A stretch of DNA of 64,000 bases from Octopus vulgaris (lineage: Eukaryota): NCBI GenBank assembly GCA_951406725.2, contig OX597828.1:30690001-30754000 (forward strand), read 5' to 3'. The notes beneath the pieces are model-generated. The model was given only the letters and a program-made list of their open reading frames with translations. It was not told the DNA's origin and searched no databases. Shown one piece after another: positions 14,069 to 27,419 of this stretch (its first letter is position 1; the number at the start of each line of letters is the position of its first letter). The position numbers were made by a program, and so were the translations under genes.

Positions 14069-15313
14069 GTAAGTACATTTAATTCTTATATACTCTCACG
14101 CAAGCATCAAAATGTTTACCCTTTTAACAACAGATACTTAAATATCTAAGGACTCAGTTTTAAGTATCTCATTGACGTCGTGTTATTCAAGAAAATTGTA
14201 ATACGTGATTAATTACAGTAGAAAAAGTCTACATTATGAAAATCGTTAAATTTGGAAAATACGCGGAGACTGTATTAAAAAGTAACCAGATAGCACAAGG
14301 TTTTTTTTTTACTTACTGCCGGTATGACATTATTTGCTATAACGCAACAATAGTAATACATAGAAAACTGCTGGAGCAATTCAATTCTAAATACAATAAG
14401 AAATATATGCAAAATCAATACCCTCACGCAATAGAATTCATTATTTAGAGTGCATGCAGTATTGCAAAGAGGCTACCTTCAATAAAACACGATATATTTA
14501 ATACAAATAAACAGACACAAATAACACGAACAAAGATATATATATACGTACAAAAAATATGTATTGGTCAGAGAAATTATAGAAAGTTTCTACTGGTGGT
14601 TAGTTTGCATATTTATTTATTTTATAAACATCTAGTTTTCAACTTATTCTAATTCTGTAATATAGACTATATTAGACGAAAGAAAAATGTAGGCATAAAT
14701 TAAATTGCTTATATAATACGTTTAGCTAATTTGTGCATATATATGAACCCTGTTTTATGTTAATAATTGTTGTAGTTATAAGTTGTAGAAGTAAAATGTG
14801 TATAAATTCGCACGAGATTATATAGTCTATATTATAGAATTAGAATAAGTTGAAAATTAGATGTTTATAAAATAAATAAATTAATTAATAAAAATAGATT
14901 GAATTATAGATTTTATCTTAATTTATGTTTATTATATTATGCATTTTAATCATTTAATATTTAAATTATTTTGACTTTAGAATATTTCCAGTAAATGTTA
15001 TATTAAATTTAATTTTTTTCTTATTCTCACAACCAAAATACATTTGTAATTTTAATAGCTTAAATACATATTTCTATCTATTTCTTCTAAAAATTCCATG
15101 TTCGACATATTTTCACGTGATATATTACTTTTAAACGCTAAGTTCTACGTATTAGGTTAAAAGTTTTAGTTAACAAAATCCTTCGATAAAATATGTTAAA
15201 CTTTTAATTTAAGAAATATCGTTAAATGATTTTCGAATATTTATTCGGCTTTGTTGTACGTTGAATACTAAAATTCTATACATATGTATATATATTAATG
15301 GTTATCGGCAAGT

Positions 15314-15855
15314 TAATATGATAGTCTATAAATATAAGACTAAAGCTGCCGCTGATTAGCTCCAAGAGGCCTTCGACTCTAGCTATATGACACACGAACC
15401 TGCGTCCATTATAACCTTCGAACAGCGGAGGTCAGCCGCTTCCCCTTGTTGGTCAGACATCTGCAGATATGTTTCAGGGTAGTTGCCCCTTATCAATGCA
15501 GAGTAGCCAGACCCAGCAGGCGTCGCTACTGACCGTCTGTTCGAATGATTTATTTACCTAATTTCAGTGGAATACATCCACTTGTTTTCAAAAATAGAAA
15601 TATTAAAATTTCTAAGTCTCTGTAAAGGAGATTACGGCAGCGGTACTGGATATTAATAGTTATTGCTAAGCTAATATGGTAGTCTATAAATATAAGACTA
15701 AAGCTGCCGCTGATTAGCTCCAAGAGGCCATCGCCTCTAGCTAGCTATATGACACACGAACCTGCGTCCATTATAAACTTCGAACAGGGGAGGTCAGCCG
15801 CTTCCCCTTGCTGGTCAGACATCTGCAGACATGTTTCAGAGTAGTTGCCCTTTAT

Positions 15856-15859
<4 letters not shown>
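15314..15859 (-). repeat. ~185-bp direct repeat (15314-15497 / 15673-15859), Penelope tandem-pLTR-like
   Basis: Near-identical copies, each ending in a degenerate minus-strand hammerhead (TTGATAA..GAAACatGTC). Confidence 0.8.
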
Positions 15860-15930
<71 letters not shown>

Positions 15931-15975
15931 AACACATACATGTATATATGTATGTTTATATGTATGTATGTATGT

Positions 15976-16036
<61 letters not shown>

Positions 16037-16104
16037 GGTCCCGGGTTGATTCGGGGTTAACCACAGTAAATAAGGTACTCAATACATAGCAGAGTAAAAT
16101 TAAT

Positions 16105-16227
16105 TTATTATATAGAAGGAGCTTCTACAGGACTAGAACTGTTTCATTCAAGAGAAATCATCAGGAAGCTTCCTGATGATTTCTCTTGAATGAAACAGTT
16201 CTAGTCCTGTAGAAGCTCCTTCTATAT

Positions 16228-16232
<5 letters not shown>
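16105..16232. repeat. Perfect 128-bp palindrome
   Basis: Centre aag|ctt at 16168/16169; arms complementary base for base. Confidence 0.95.
16167..16217 (+). ncRNA. Type I hammerhead ribozyme motif (Penelope-type); mirror copy on - strand at 16120-16170
   Basis: agcttc-CTGATGA-tttc(tctt)gaat-GAAA-cag(ttctagtc)ctg-TA-gaagct; 6-bp stem I, GUA cleavage triplet. Confidence 0.7.
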
Positions 16233-16289
<57 letters not shown>

Positions 16290-16302
16290 ATATTTATTCA
16301 TA

Positions 16303-17361
16303 CACGTGTGGGACAAAATAATGGAAACACGTAGCATCATAGCCTCATAATTTGGAAATATCTATAAAACCGTCAAAAACTTCTTCATTTTCATGTGTTT
16401 TGATTCATTACTAGTGCGGCTTAATATTTTTTGCTAAAATTATATTTTTCTTTTAAGATAGCACCAAATAATGATAATTAAAATTTATGAAAATGTCACA
16501 TGTATCGGACTTTCATAGGGGTCAAATTGTTGGAGCTCATGTGCCAGGTGCTAATATAAAGAAAACAGCCGAATTGTTTGGTGTACCAAGAAGTAGTGTC
16601 TCGAAAGTAATGACAGCCTCTGAGAAAGAGGGAAAAATCTCCTCGTGGAAACATATCTCCTGAAGAAAACGAAAAATTTCAGAATGGGACTGTTGGAAAG
16701 AATTGTTAGAAAGAATCACAAAATTACTGCTCCCAAAGTTACTGCAGATCTTAATGACCACCCCAAAAACCCAGTTTCCACAAAAACTGTACGCTGGGAG
16801 CTGCATAAAGTCGGTTTCACGACCACCGGTGGAGTATACGTGTGAAGAGAGCCAACTGAAGCATTTATCTCAGACTGCCTTCTTCCAACAGATATACATG
16901 GAGGAGGATCTGTGAAGGAGGATCTGTGGTGGGGGCTACATTTTGGAAATCTGCCCGCCTAATGGTTTCCCTTCATGGCAGAATTCATAGTCAAGACTTA
17001 GCATTTTATCTGATCAAATTCATTCTATCGTTACGGAACTCAAACGCAATCGTTCAGGAAGATAATGCACCAATTCATCCGATCTGGACACCACGGTCCC
17101 CAGATCTCAATATTATTGAATATTTATGGTAAAGTTTAGAAAAACAATTAAGGAGTCGATATCTTCCACCATCTTCACCACAAGAACTGGAGACTGTTTC
17201 AGCTGAAGAATGGACAAACATTCCTTTGAAACAATTCAAACTTTGTACGAATCCATACCTCGTAGAATTGAAGCTGTAATTAATGCCAAACGAGTTCTAC
17301 CCATTTTATAATAAAGTTGTTTGAAACTTTAAGGCGTTTCCATTATTTTGTCCAAACCCTG
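16303..17361 (+). mobile_element. Degenerate Tc1-family transposon
   Basis: TIRs ..ggacaaaataatggaaac / gtttccattattttgtcc.. flanked by TA; remnants SDFHRGQIVGA, VQEDNAPIH, WTPRSPDLNIIEYLW. Confidence 0.9.
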
Positions 17362-17461
17362 TATATACATATCTATCTAGCTATCTATCAATCTATCAAT
17401 CTATCTATCTGTCTGTCTGTCTCTCTGTCTCTATCTATCAATCTATCTATCTATCTATCTG

Positions 17462-17514
<53 letters not shown>

Positions 17515-17662
17515 TTATATATATATATGTATATATATATATATAGATATATATATACATATATACCCTGCACATATATGGCAGTTGTTAAGTATGTTTA
17601 TATGTGTCTTTGTGTATTGCTTATCTTATTGTTCTAATTGAAAATATATGGCGTATTCACAG

Positions 17663-17800
17663 ATATATAAAACGCCTGCTGCTGTTTCCCATTTTCCACT
17701 TCAAGCATGAAGACAAAAAATCATTAAAAAAAGCTACATCTTGTTTTCTGAAGATTTTTGACAACCCTTTTGCCATTCCCAAGGGCAAAGCATTTAGACA
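17663..17800 (+). CDS. Exon 5 (138 nt, YIKRLLLF...KGKAFRQ)
   Basis: attcacAG / GTAAGT, open phase 2-2; matches part of ORF 17604..17804. Confidence 0.75.
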
Positions 17801-18350
17801 GTAAGTCCTCTGTGAAATATTCTTATTATGCTTGTGCACTATCGTTAAATCTATTTTGAATTGCAATTTTATTATGTTGATTTGAAAATATTATTTTACA
17901 CTAATTATTATCGATGTAGCACATACTTCTGATTGCATAAATATTATTAGGGTAAATCTTATTTCTACAAATTTGACAACAACCAAATAACATTCAGTGG
18001 CGCATAATACCACAACCAATGGAATTACCTTCTCTTTTTGTTGAGTTCCTATTTCAAGAGTGCACTGAAATATTTTTGGCTTCGGGGAAAAGAAAATCCA
18101 GCAGGATCAGTTAATGATGATTTTATTCAACAAATTCCTCTCCGGGACTCACACACTTATTGCAGCGGTCTTTCAGCTTTTTTAGCAGTTTAAATGAACT
18201 CGGAATTTTGGGCTTCCAGCTGGGACTTTCACTAGCTCCTAAAAACCAACGTCTTTTCAGCATCCAACCGTATATAATTAGTTATATTGTTTGGGATCAA
18301 ATTAGAATTACAAATCTAACTGAAGTTCACATATGCAATTCGAAGCATTG

Positions 18351-18390
<40 letters not shown>

Positions 18391-19062
18391 TGTGTGTCTG
18401 TGTTTGTCCCCCCAACATCGCTTGACAACCTATTCTGGCGAGTTTACGCCCCCGTCACTTAGTGGTTCGGCAAGATACCCTGATAGAATAAATACTAGGC
18501 TTACAAAAAGTAAGTTCTAGGGTCGATTGGTCAACTAAAGGGGGTGGTCCACCATGCCGGATCTTTGTCCAGCTGAACAAGAGTTATCTGCACAATTTTG
18601 TAAGCATCAGGCTACGGATTATATATTAATTCAGAAAAATGTTATGAATTGCTTACTCATGATTCTTGAATGAGTTTCGAGCCATCTCCGTCTTGGCCTT
18701 ATAACTTTTAGTGTGATCCTCAGTTCATAACCCGTTTAGAATTTAAGTAGTAATCGTTTTCCATTTTCCCAAATCTCAACTAATGTTCACACGCAAAACG
18801 TAATTATCTGGCATACATTCAAACCAATATTGATAGACATGTGCATGTGCATTATAAACATACACATGTGTGGGTGTATGTGTGTGTGTATGAGTATTTG
18901 TATGCGAGTAAGTGGAAAATGGCTAACGAATAGCGTCATGCTTGAAACTCAAGTGTACCAACGATTTTGAAACAATCTCATTTGATCCATACATGTAACT
19001 CCCAATAAATTGGATAAATGCCCTTCATCCGTTTTTCCACTTAGTCGCACACACTCACATAC

Positions 19063-19104
<42 letters not shown>

Positions 19105-19255
19105 ACCTTTATATATATATATAATTATATATAAATATATATACATATATATATAAATATATATATATACATATGTATACATTTATATATATATATATAT
19201 ATATTTATATATAAATATATATCCATATATATATAAATACACACACACACAAATA

Positions 19256-19592
19256 TATAATCAAAATAAGCAACAATAGTAACTTCGGTAATTTAGTACG
19301 ATCGTTTCACTCTACATCATTTCATTATATGTTGTAAGTATTACAACAGTTTTATAATGCTGAGCACTTATCAACCATTAATAAAGGTTTTCCTTAATAC
19401 ATAATTTTCATATCAATTGGTAACATTATAGAGAGGGGAGATATATGTATTAATGGAAAACCTCTATTAATGACTGATGAGTGCTCAGCATTTAAAAACT
19501 GTTTTAATACTTACAACATTTAATAAGATCATGTAGCGTAAAGCCATCGTACCAAATTACAGAAGTTATTCTTGTTGCTTATTTTGATTATA
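19256..19592. repeat. Inverted repeat (~145-bp arms), Penelope pLTR-like; related copies at 24383-24520 and 28705-28825
   Basis: Arms 19256-19403 / 19445-19592; contain CTGATGA and GAAACgatcGTA hammerhead halves. Confidence 0.85.
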
Positions 19593-19689
19593 ATCATCCC
19601 ATGGATTTATATGGATAACACCATACAAAATGCTGATGCATCTAACTTAGGTACCACATTCATTTGAATCTAAATTTTGCTGAATGTGC

Positions 19690-20099
19690 AATGTGGTGAT
19701 CATCTGTAGTGGATGGTTTGCCTGATTGTTCTTTATCAATAAGGCTACAATGTCCAGCTCGGAACCTTGCGAACCACTTCCGTACAGTTCTATCGGATAA
19801 AGACGTATCTTTCGGATAAACTGCACATATTCCTTTGGTTGCTTGTGAGGCATTTTTCCCTTTACGGAAAAAGAAAAGCATCAAGTGCCGAAAATGAACT
19901 TTCTTATCTTCCAATTTAAAGAGTTACAGAATTAAGACAGGTTATAGAATTAAGACAAGTTCTTCCACGAAAAGATAGCTTACACTGTGCTCTAAATGGA
20001 GGTGTAGTCAAATCCTCTTTTATGGACTCAACCATCTTCTAAAATAAGTCGAAAGGTAAGCTACTATAAATCGGCATGAAGTTTCCGGACAACCCAATA
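19690..20099 (-). mobile_element. Mariner 5' fragment (same family)
   Basis: MEDKKVHFRHLMLFFFRKGKNASQATKGICAVY...TVRKWFARFRAG helix-turn-helix region; TIR aaatcggcatgaagtttccggacaacccaata. Confidence 0.85.
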
Positions 20100-20113
20100 C
20101 ATTACACCAAAAG

Positions 20114-20278
20114 TAGGCGCAGGAGTAGTTGTGTGGTAAGTAGCTTGCTTACCAACATCATGGTACCGGGTTCAGTCCCGCTGCGGGGCAATTTGGCCAG
20201 GTGTCTTCTACTATAGCCTCGGACCGACCAAAGCCTTGTGAGTGGATTTGGTAGACGGAAACTGAAAGAAGCCCGTCC

Positions 20279-20318
<40 letters not shown>

Positions 20319-20586
20319 CGTGTGTGTATGTGTGTGTGTATGTGTGTGTGTGTGTGAGTGTGTGAGTTTATGTTTGTGTGTCTGTGTTTGTCCCCCAACA
20401 TCGCTTGACAATCAATGCTGGCATGTTTACGTCCCCATCACTTAACGGTTCGGACAGATACCCCGATAGAATAAGTACTAGGCTTACAAAAAATAAGTCC
20501 TGGGGTCGATTTGGTTAACTAAAAGCGTTGCTCCAGTATTGCCGCAGTCAAATGACTGAAACAAATACAAGAATAAAAAAATAAGA
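20114..20586 (+). mobile_element. tRNA-derived SINE family B with internal (TA)n(TG)n
   Basis: Head aggcgcaggagtagttgtgtggtaag..gggttcagtccc; tail ..aaatgactgaaaca..agaataaaa; fragments also at 7862-8000(-), 18390-18560(+), 34692-34915(-), 36855-36968(-), 37313-37540(-). Confidence 0.85.
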
Positions 20587-20762
20587 AGCCAGGGAAAAAT
20601 TGTTACGTTGGATGGAATTTACTAAGAAATTTACCATAAAACAACACCATGACTTGGCATTTTACAAATAGAAATTCATTATCAGCCTGTATAACATAAC
20701 ACACACACACGCGATTTCCGTTATATTTGATGTATTAATGAGAAATGTTCCTTTTATTACAG

Positions 20763-20795
20763 GTCAGGACTATCTGTGAGGAGGAAACGTGCCCT
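20763..20795 (+). CDS. Exon 6 (33 nt, SGLSVRRKRAL; furin-type site)
   Basis: cttttattacAG / GTAAGT, phase 2-2. Confidence 0.8.
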
Positions 20796-20834
20796 GTAAG
20801 TTATAATTTCTTAAGTAAATCAATAGTAAATGAA

Positions 20835-21400
20835 GGCGGGGAGCCAGCAGAAACGTTAGCACGCGGGGCGAAATGCTTAGCCGTATTTCGTCCGCCGTTA
20901 CGTTCTGAGTTCAAATTCAATCGAGGTCGACTTTACCTTTTATCCTCTCGGAGTAGATAAACTAAGTACCAGTTACTCACTGGGGTCGACATAATCGACT
21001 TAATCTGTCTGACCTTGTTTGTCCTTTCTGTGTTTAACCCCTTGTGGGTAGTAAAGAAATAGGTATTTCGTCTGCCGCTACGTTCTGAGTTCAAATGCCG
21101 CCGAGGCCTACTTTGCCTTTCATCCTTTCGGGGTCGATTAAATAAGTACCAGTTCCGCACTGGGGTCGATATAATCGACTTAATCCGCTTGTCTGTCCTT
21201 GTTTGTCCTCTCTGTATTTAGCCCCTTGTGGGTAGTAAAGAAATAGGTATTTCGTCTGTTTTTACATTCTGAGTTCAAATTCCACCGGGAACGGCTTTGC
21301 CTTTTATCCTTTCAGAGGCGACCAATTAGTTACCAGTTGCGTACTGAGGTTGATCTCATCGACTCCCCCAACATTTCGCGCAATGCCTAGAGTAGAAAAT
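20835..21400 (+). mobile_element. tRNA-derived SINE family A (Octopus-type), body triplicated
   Basis: Head ggcgggagccagcagaaacgttagc (A box) and gagttcaaatt (B box); ~180-bp body repeated in tandem. Confidence 0.85.
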
Positions 21401-21876
21401 AACATTAATGTCAAATGTGCTCTGTACACCTTTACAATTAGACATATACATATTCACGCACATACGCCCACACCCCCGCACACACGCACATATGAGATAA
21501 TGTCAGTTCAAAACTCGTTTTAACGAGTAAAATCTTTACGAACGTTAATGATACTATTCTATGAAGTAATCTGTTAAGAAGGGAAAAATGTAGAATGCAT
21601 AAAAAATAATAAATGAATGATTGTTTATCTTACGGTAAATAATAATTTACTTCAAACTGATTATCTCAATTTAATGTCAAAATACGAGGTTTTTTTCCAA
21701 CCTAATAATTGAAGAGAAACGGTGAAAGAAAGAGTCTAAATAGTGTACGATATCAAGGTTCAATGAATCAAAATATATATCTTGAAGAACGTTGTATATG
21801 TATTTGTGTGTGTGTGTCTACACATGAATTACACTATGTTTAATTAATAATATATTTTTATTCTTTTCCCTTACAG

Positions 21877-21906
21877 AGCTAGTCTTGGCAAAGCAGCACT
21901 ATCGAT
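21877..21906 (+). CDS. Exon 7 (30 nt, ASLGKAALSI)
   Basis: ttcttttcccttacAG / GTAAGT, phase 2-2. Confidence 0.8.
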
Positions 21907-22154
21907 GTAAGTCATTGAATTTTGGAATATATTAATGTGAATGTTGTTTCCTATAGCATGTCGTTCACATGTGTATATACAAAATACCTATTCTTTAACA
22001 TTTGCAACTGAAAGGAGAGAAAACTATAAGACGTAGCATTTCCTAAACACCCACATGCATACATCCGTACAAATATATATACATATGTCGAATATATATA
22101 TATATATATATATATAAACACACACACATATGTTAGATATATGTATGTATCTAT

Positions 22155-22675
22155 GTTGTCTGATCAATAAGTCTCCGAGTGTTGCTATAGTAACGAAGCT
22201 AAAGCAGAGTGAAGCCGCTTGGCACGGAGTGACATCGAACCCTGGTATGAGAGCGTACTAAGTTATAACATTCTAGCTCACTTCCACCGTTTAGAGCAGT
22301 GCTTGGAAGGAATGTGTGTAGCGTGTGATAGTCGCTTTGATCATTGAAAATATATAGCAGAGAATCTGTATCACATTTACCAAAAGCTTGGCGATACATA
22401 CTGAGAGGCTTACACAAAGTTTTCAAAAGGGTTTCATATTTATTGACATAATGAAGGAAATCCTGCGCAACTGAAACTCGAGTGTATCCTTGGAGATCTG
22501 AAAGCAGTTTTGGCACAAACGTGGCATACACGCATCTCATACGGAAATTTTTCGTGATAACGGCCTGGGCTGAACCGTAAATAATCTGCAAAATCTCTGA
22601 TACCTTATGGATGGTGTTTCGATGATTTCCCTCATAGCTTCACGTACATCTGCTATCTGCAACTTTGCGTAGGCC
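22155..22675. mobile_element. Rearranged mariner remnant
   Basis: TIR-like gtctgatcaataagt; + strand QRICI..QKLGD N-terminus near 22350-22420; - strand MRCVYATFVPKLLSDLQ (WVPK/FVPK linker). Confidence 0.7.
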
Positions 22676-22682
22676 CCTGAGC

Positions 22683-22721
<39 letters not shown>

Positions 22722-22724
<3 letters not shown>

Positions 22725-23068
22725 CAATTAATAAGAGGAATGACCACTAAAGTGGATTTCTAATATGCTAAAATAGACGTCAAATCGCCTTATCACGAGG
22801 CGTGTGTTCTCAAGAAAAAGCTCAGCAAACGCCAGAATGTAAAAACAAACAAATGAAAATATGCAAAATAAACGATTACCTGCGTATCATGATTTCGTTA
22901 TTAAGCCTTGCATAATATAAAATGAAATATCTGTAACTCCTCTTTGTTTATTTTTACATTCTGGCGTTTGGTGAAACTTCTTTGCGAACACACTCTTCGT
23001 GATAGGCGATTTGACGTCTATCTTTAGCATATTAGGAATTCACTTTAGTTGTTATTACTCTTATTAAT

Positions 23069-23070
<2 letters not shown>
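22722..23070. repeat. Inverted repeat (~130-bp arms) inside (TA)n
   Basis: ctaatatgctaaaatagacgtcaaatcgcc / ggcgatttgacgtctatctttagcatattag. Confidence 0.9.
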
Positions 23071-23161
<91 letters not shown>

Positions 23162-24204
23162 ATGTATGTATATACATATAATTCAAAGACCATTCTGGCC
23201 ATCTCATCTATTCTTACATTTATTTTTTGTATTCTACATATTCACCACAAACCCTGCCTTATTAATCTATAGGTAAACTACTAATATGCATATGAGCCAA
23301 CATTATCGTCCCTTGCAAATCAGTGAAATGTACCTCATATCACCCTGACCCACTTTATGTTTCCTAAAGAGATTTAAACCACAACTATATATATAAACAC
23401 CTACTATTAACCAATGAATGATTATCTGTCAAAATTACAATCACACATACACACATGCGCATCACAATAACACACATGCACAAAACATTCCTCGAAATCA
23501 CAAAAAAACAAACGCTTATATAAAACTATTTCCAAAGAACAAAAGCAGCACACATACACACACACACAGACAAACACACATACGCACACGCAAACAGACA
23601 CACATACACACATACGCTCACAAAGATAAAACAACACAACCACAAAGAGCAAATGAAAAATAATTCCTTCTAAATGTTTCGAATGGCCATCATAACCACT
23701 CTCCATATTCTCTCAATGGAAAAAAGACAAAAAAAGAAACACAGAGAATTCCTTTTACAAGATATTCCCAAACTACGTACACAAACACAAACACTCACCG
23801 CACAATCGCCATACTATGACAGTACTCACTTATTTAATTCAAACGACTTCTTTTCAATAACATAACTGGAACTTAAACACTTGAACAGAACGTCGAACCT
23901 ATATAGACAAAACATATATTAGGAATGACGCTGCGGTAAAATTTCACTATGCACTAAAACATGGCTACAAATTATTAACCCCCAGCTTATTTCTCTTTGA
24001 CTTCCTATAAAATGCGATTTAATATTTGATAAGATGGACGCATCGAAATCTCTTATATTTTAAATTACTCACTAGTTAAATATCTTGTACGCTATATAAA
24101 TACTTAACTCACAATTTAAACCTCAAATATTCTAGAAAATCTATATTTATAATTAATAATATTGTACCCTTGCAAACTTGCATGCATATCACAGGGTCCG
24201 AACA

Positions 24205-24290
<86 letters not shown>

Positions 24291-24499
24291 TTCAGCAAAA
24301 TTTAGATTCAGATGAATATGGTACTTAAGTTTAAGGCACCAGAATTTGGTATGGTATTATCCATATAAATCAAATGGGGTGATTATAATCAAAATAAGCA
24401 ACATGGATATCCAAGGTAGTGTAGTAAAATCGCTTCATGCTACTTCATTTAATTAAACAATGTAAGTATTACATCAGTTTTAAAATCTAGAGCACTCTT

Positions 24500-26067
24500 C
24501 AGCCACATATAGAATTTTTTAAATTAAATAGATAATGATTATTTTTATACTTATTCCATTTTCCAACATTACAAAGAGGGTAGATATATAGACAGAGAGG
24601 TTAATTTCATCATTAAGAACATGGTAGTAGAAGTTTCTTCTCCATGGGAAAATTTGTTATCACTGAGTTCACTTTGTTATTTAGATTTATCAATGGTGGA
24701 GGTTTATTTATTTGGTTCAGTGGAGACAAGCAAGAATTTTTTTCTATTTATAGATAGATGAAAGGGTAGTATAAATGTCAGAGCTATAAATCCAACCCTA
24801 TTATGAGGAATTTAACTTTGGCATATTTGAATCGTTTTTAGCTAAATTTAATAGGTTGAAGCTAGTGGGGTAGGGAGACTAGAGACAGCTAATGCTCTAG
24901 AGATTTCTAATGTTCTTAACCATTTAACAGTCATAATCGTGCTTGTGATTTTAAATAAATATCCTTTAGATAGTTTTTTTCCAAAGGATTTTAATAAATT
25001 TTAGCATCGTATATAGGGATGGGGAATATAGAAATCATTTCATATTTATATGAATATATATATATCAGATTTTTATTAATATAGATTTATAGTTAGTTAG
25101 TAAATTGTGATATTTTTTTATTAATGAGTTATATGATGATAGGCATAATATTTATTACAAGTAAGAAAAACCTTATCAATTAGCACATATATCAAGAGCC
25201 CATAAGATATATTAAAATGTTATGGAAGGGAAGTAATCAAGATAAACTAAATAACTTTCAGTAGATATATGGAATTTATGCAATACTATATAGGAAAGTA
25301 TCAAAAGATTTAAGTTTCACTTATTCAATTTATTTATATTATAAAATTCCTTAATACTCTATGCAGCTTAAATAAAAGCTAGTACGGTATATTATTTCCT
25401 TATTTGGTTACAAAACATTAAGATTTGAAAATTTAGGAATAGTCAGAATGCTATTATTTAAAATATTTAATGTACGGGTGGCACAATGTATGCAGGATAC
25501 TCCTAGTTCAGAACGGTTATTCAATAAGTTTATATTATTCCTATGGTTCAAAATTTCATATGACTCCATAGAACAAAGTTCACATCCATCTCTACTATTT
25601 TTATAAGGCTGTGCCTTTCTTATTATATCCCATTTTAGGTTAAATTCGATTTTTTCCTTTCAATTCCCAAATTTTATTGGACAGCGTTGTGCAACCCGCT
25701 TTATGTTTAAGTCTAAAACTAGAGGGATGATTGTTCAAATGTTTTCAGGTCTATCGAACATCCGAAATAAAAATAGCTAATATTTGAAGTCATTACTGTA
25801 CATTTATAACTTACATTTTGAACCAGACACCGACCAGATACTGAACATCTTGATCTAATTCTACAATTACAACTGGGGGTTGATTTCTGATATTAGTATT
25901 ATTTAGGAAGATGCTGTTTTCATTTTTATTATTAGACCTATTATTAACATTAGTGTTATTTCCCTTATCTATAATTATATTGTTATGTAAGTTGGGGTTG
26001 TTTGTTACTAATGTTTTCTCTATTTCCTCACTTTCGACTTTTTCATTATTATCATAAATATTATTGA

Positions 26068-26113
<46 letters not shown>

Positions 26114-26441
26114 GCTATTTATAACATTTCTGGCTAACTTAATATTTTTTCTATTTAGTGTATATGGTACCTATATTTGGAAGAGTAGAGTATGATATTC
26201 TCACTGATTTACTAGAAATTATTTTATAATATTCATGGGAAGTAGCGAAGTTTGTTTCTAGCATGGACATAAATTTGCCGTATATATTCGTAGAAGTTGC
26301 CCTAGTTGAAAGGAATATTTAGCTATACAACATTTTTCTTTTGAATGTTTTATTTGAGTAAGGGTGGAAAAGATTAATGTTATCTATATCCCTTAGAGTT
26401 TTGTTATTCTCTATAATCCTATTTATATATATATGTATATA

Positions 26442-26503
<62 letters not shown>

Positions 26504-27323
26504 GTTTTTTTATCAGTGGGAGATATTTTTATATTATTATTTGTATTTATTTTATCTAGATTAACCTTTCTATACTTATTTATGTCCTGTTTTCCACTTC
26601 CATTTATTGTATCGGTATTATATACTAGGTTATCTGTTTTGGTTGATTTATATTTTTTTAAAGTTGAAGATTCTATATTATCTTAGCTATTTTTATTCAG
26701 TTTTTCATTTGACAGATTTGTATTATCAAGATCTAGGAAGGTGATTTCGTGGTCATATCCTGCTCTTGATAAGGCAACATTGTAATGAAGTGAATGAGAA
26801 TTAAAAATTTCATTGTTAGAAGATAATTTTGACATTCTTCCGAAATACATTTAACTATCGATTTCAGTATATTAGGGGGTGATTTGATAATTTATTAACG
26901 TATCTAGTAACGTCACCATCTTTACTATATGGGTAATATAATTTTGAGTTTAAATCTTAAGTAACATCTAGTAGGTTAACTATCTTAGTGTTATAATCTT
27001 AAGTGATATCTAAGTTGAAATCCTTGGAAAACCTGCTAATGTTCTTCCCTATTCTCTCAATTATCAATTTATTATTACTAGGGACGATAAATATTGCATA
27101 GACCCTATATAAACACCGTTGTAATTCGTGGATCTCTCTACTTATGCATTTTAATGAATAAGTCCCTACTAAATTAGTTACCTCCGCCGAGTCACTATAG
27201 TCCATGGGTATATCAGAATTATATATATAATTAGTAAATAGACTACACGTGTTTCGTGGCAATGTTTTGAAAATGATAACAGTAAAATCAATTCAATTTA
27301 AATATAGTTGCTCATCAGATCTA
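24500..27323 (-). mobile_element. Decayed Penelope-like element (RT region clearest at 26700-27215)
   Basis: PMDYSDSAEVTNLVGTY..CLYRVY (cf. PMGS.DGAE..LVG/LYRDD), VNLLDVT, SNHP; hammerhead motif at 27239-27323. Confidence 0.6.
27239..27323 (-). ncRNA. Type I hammerhead ribozyme motif
   Basis: tagat-CTGATGA-gcaa..ttgc-cac-GAAAC-acgt-GTA-gtcta with palindromic stem III. Confidence 0.6.
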
Positions 27324-27419
27324 AGATAGAAACAATAAAATAATAAAATAAATGTACGTATTTTATCTTATAAGAAAATATAAATATATACAAAAGTTTA
27401 TATATATCCATACGTAATA

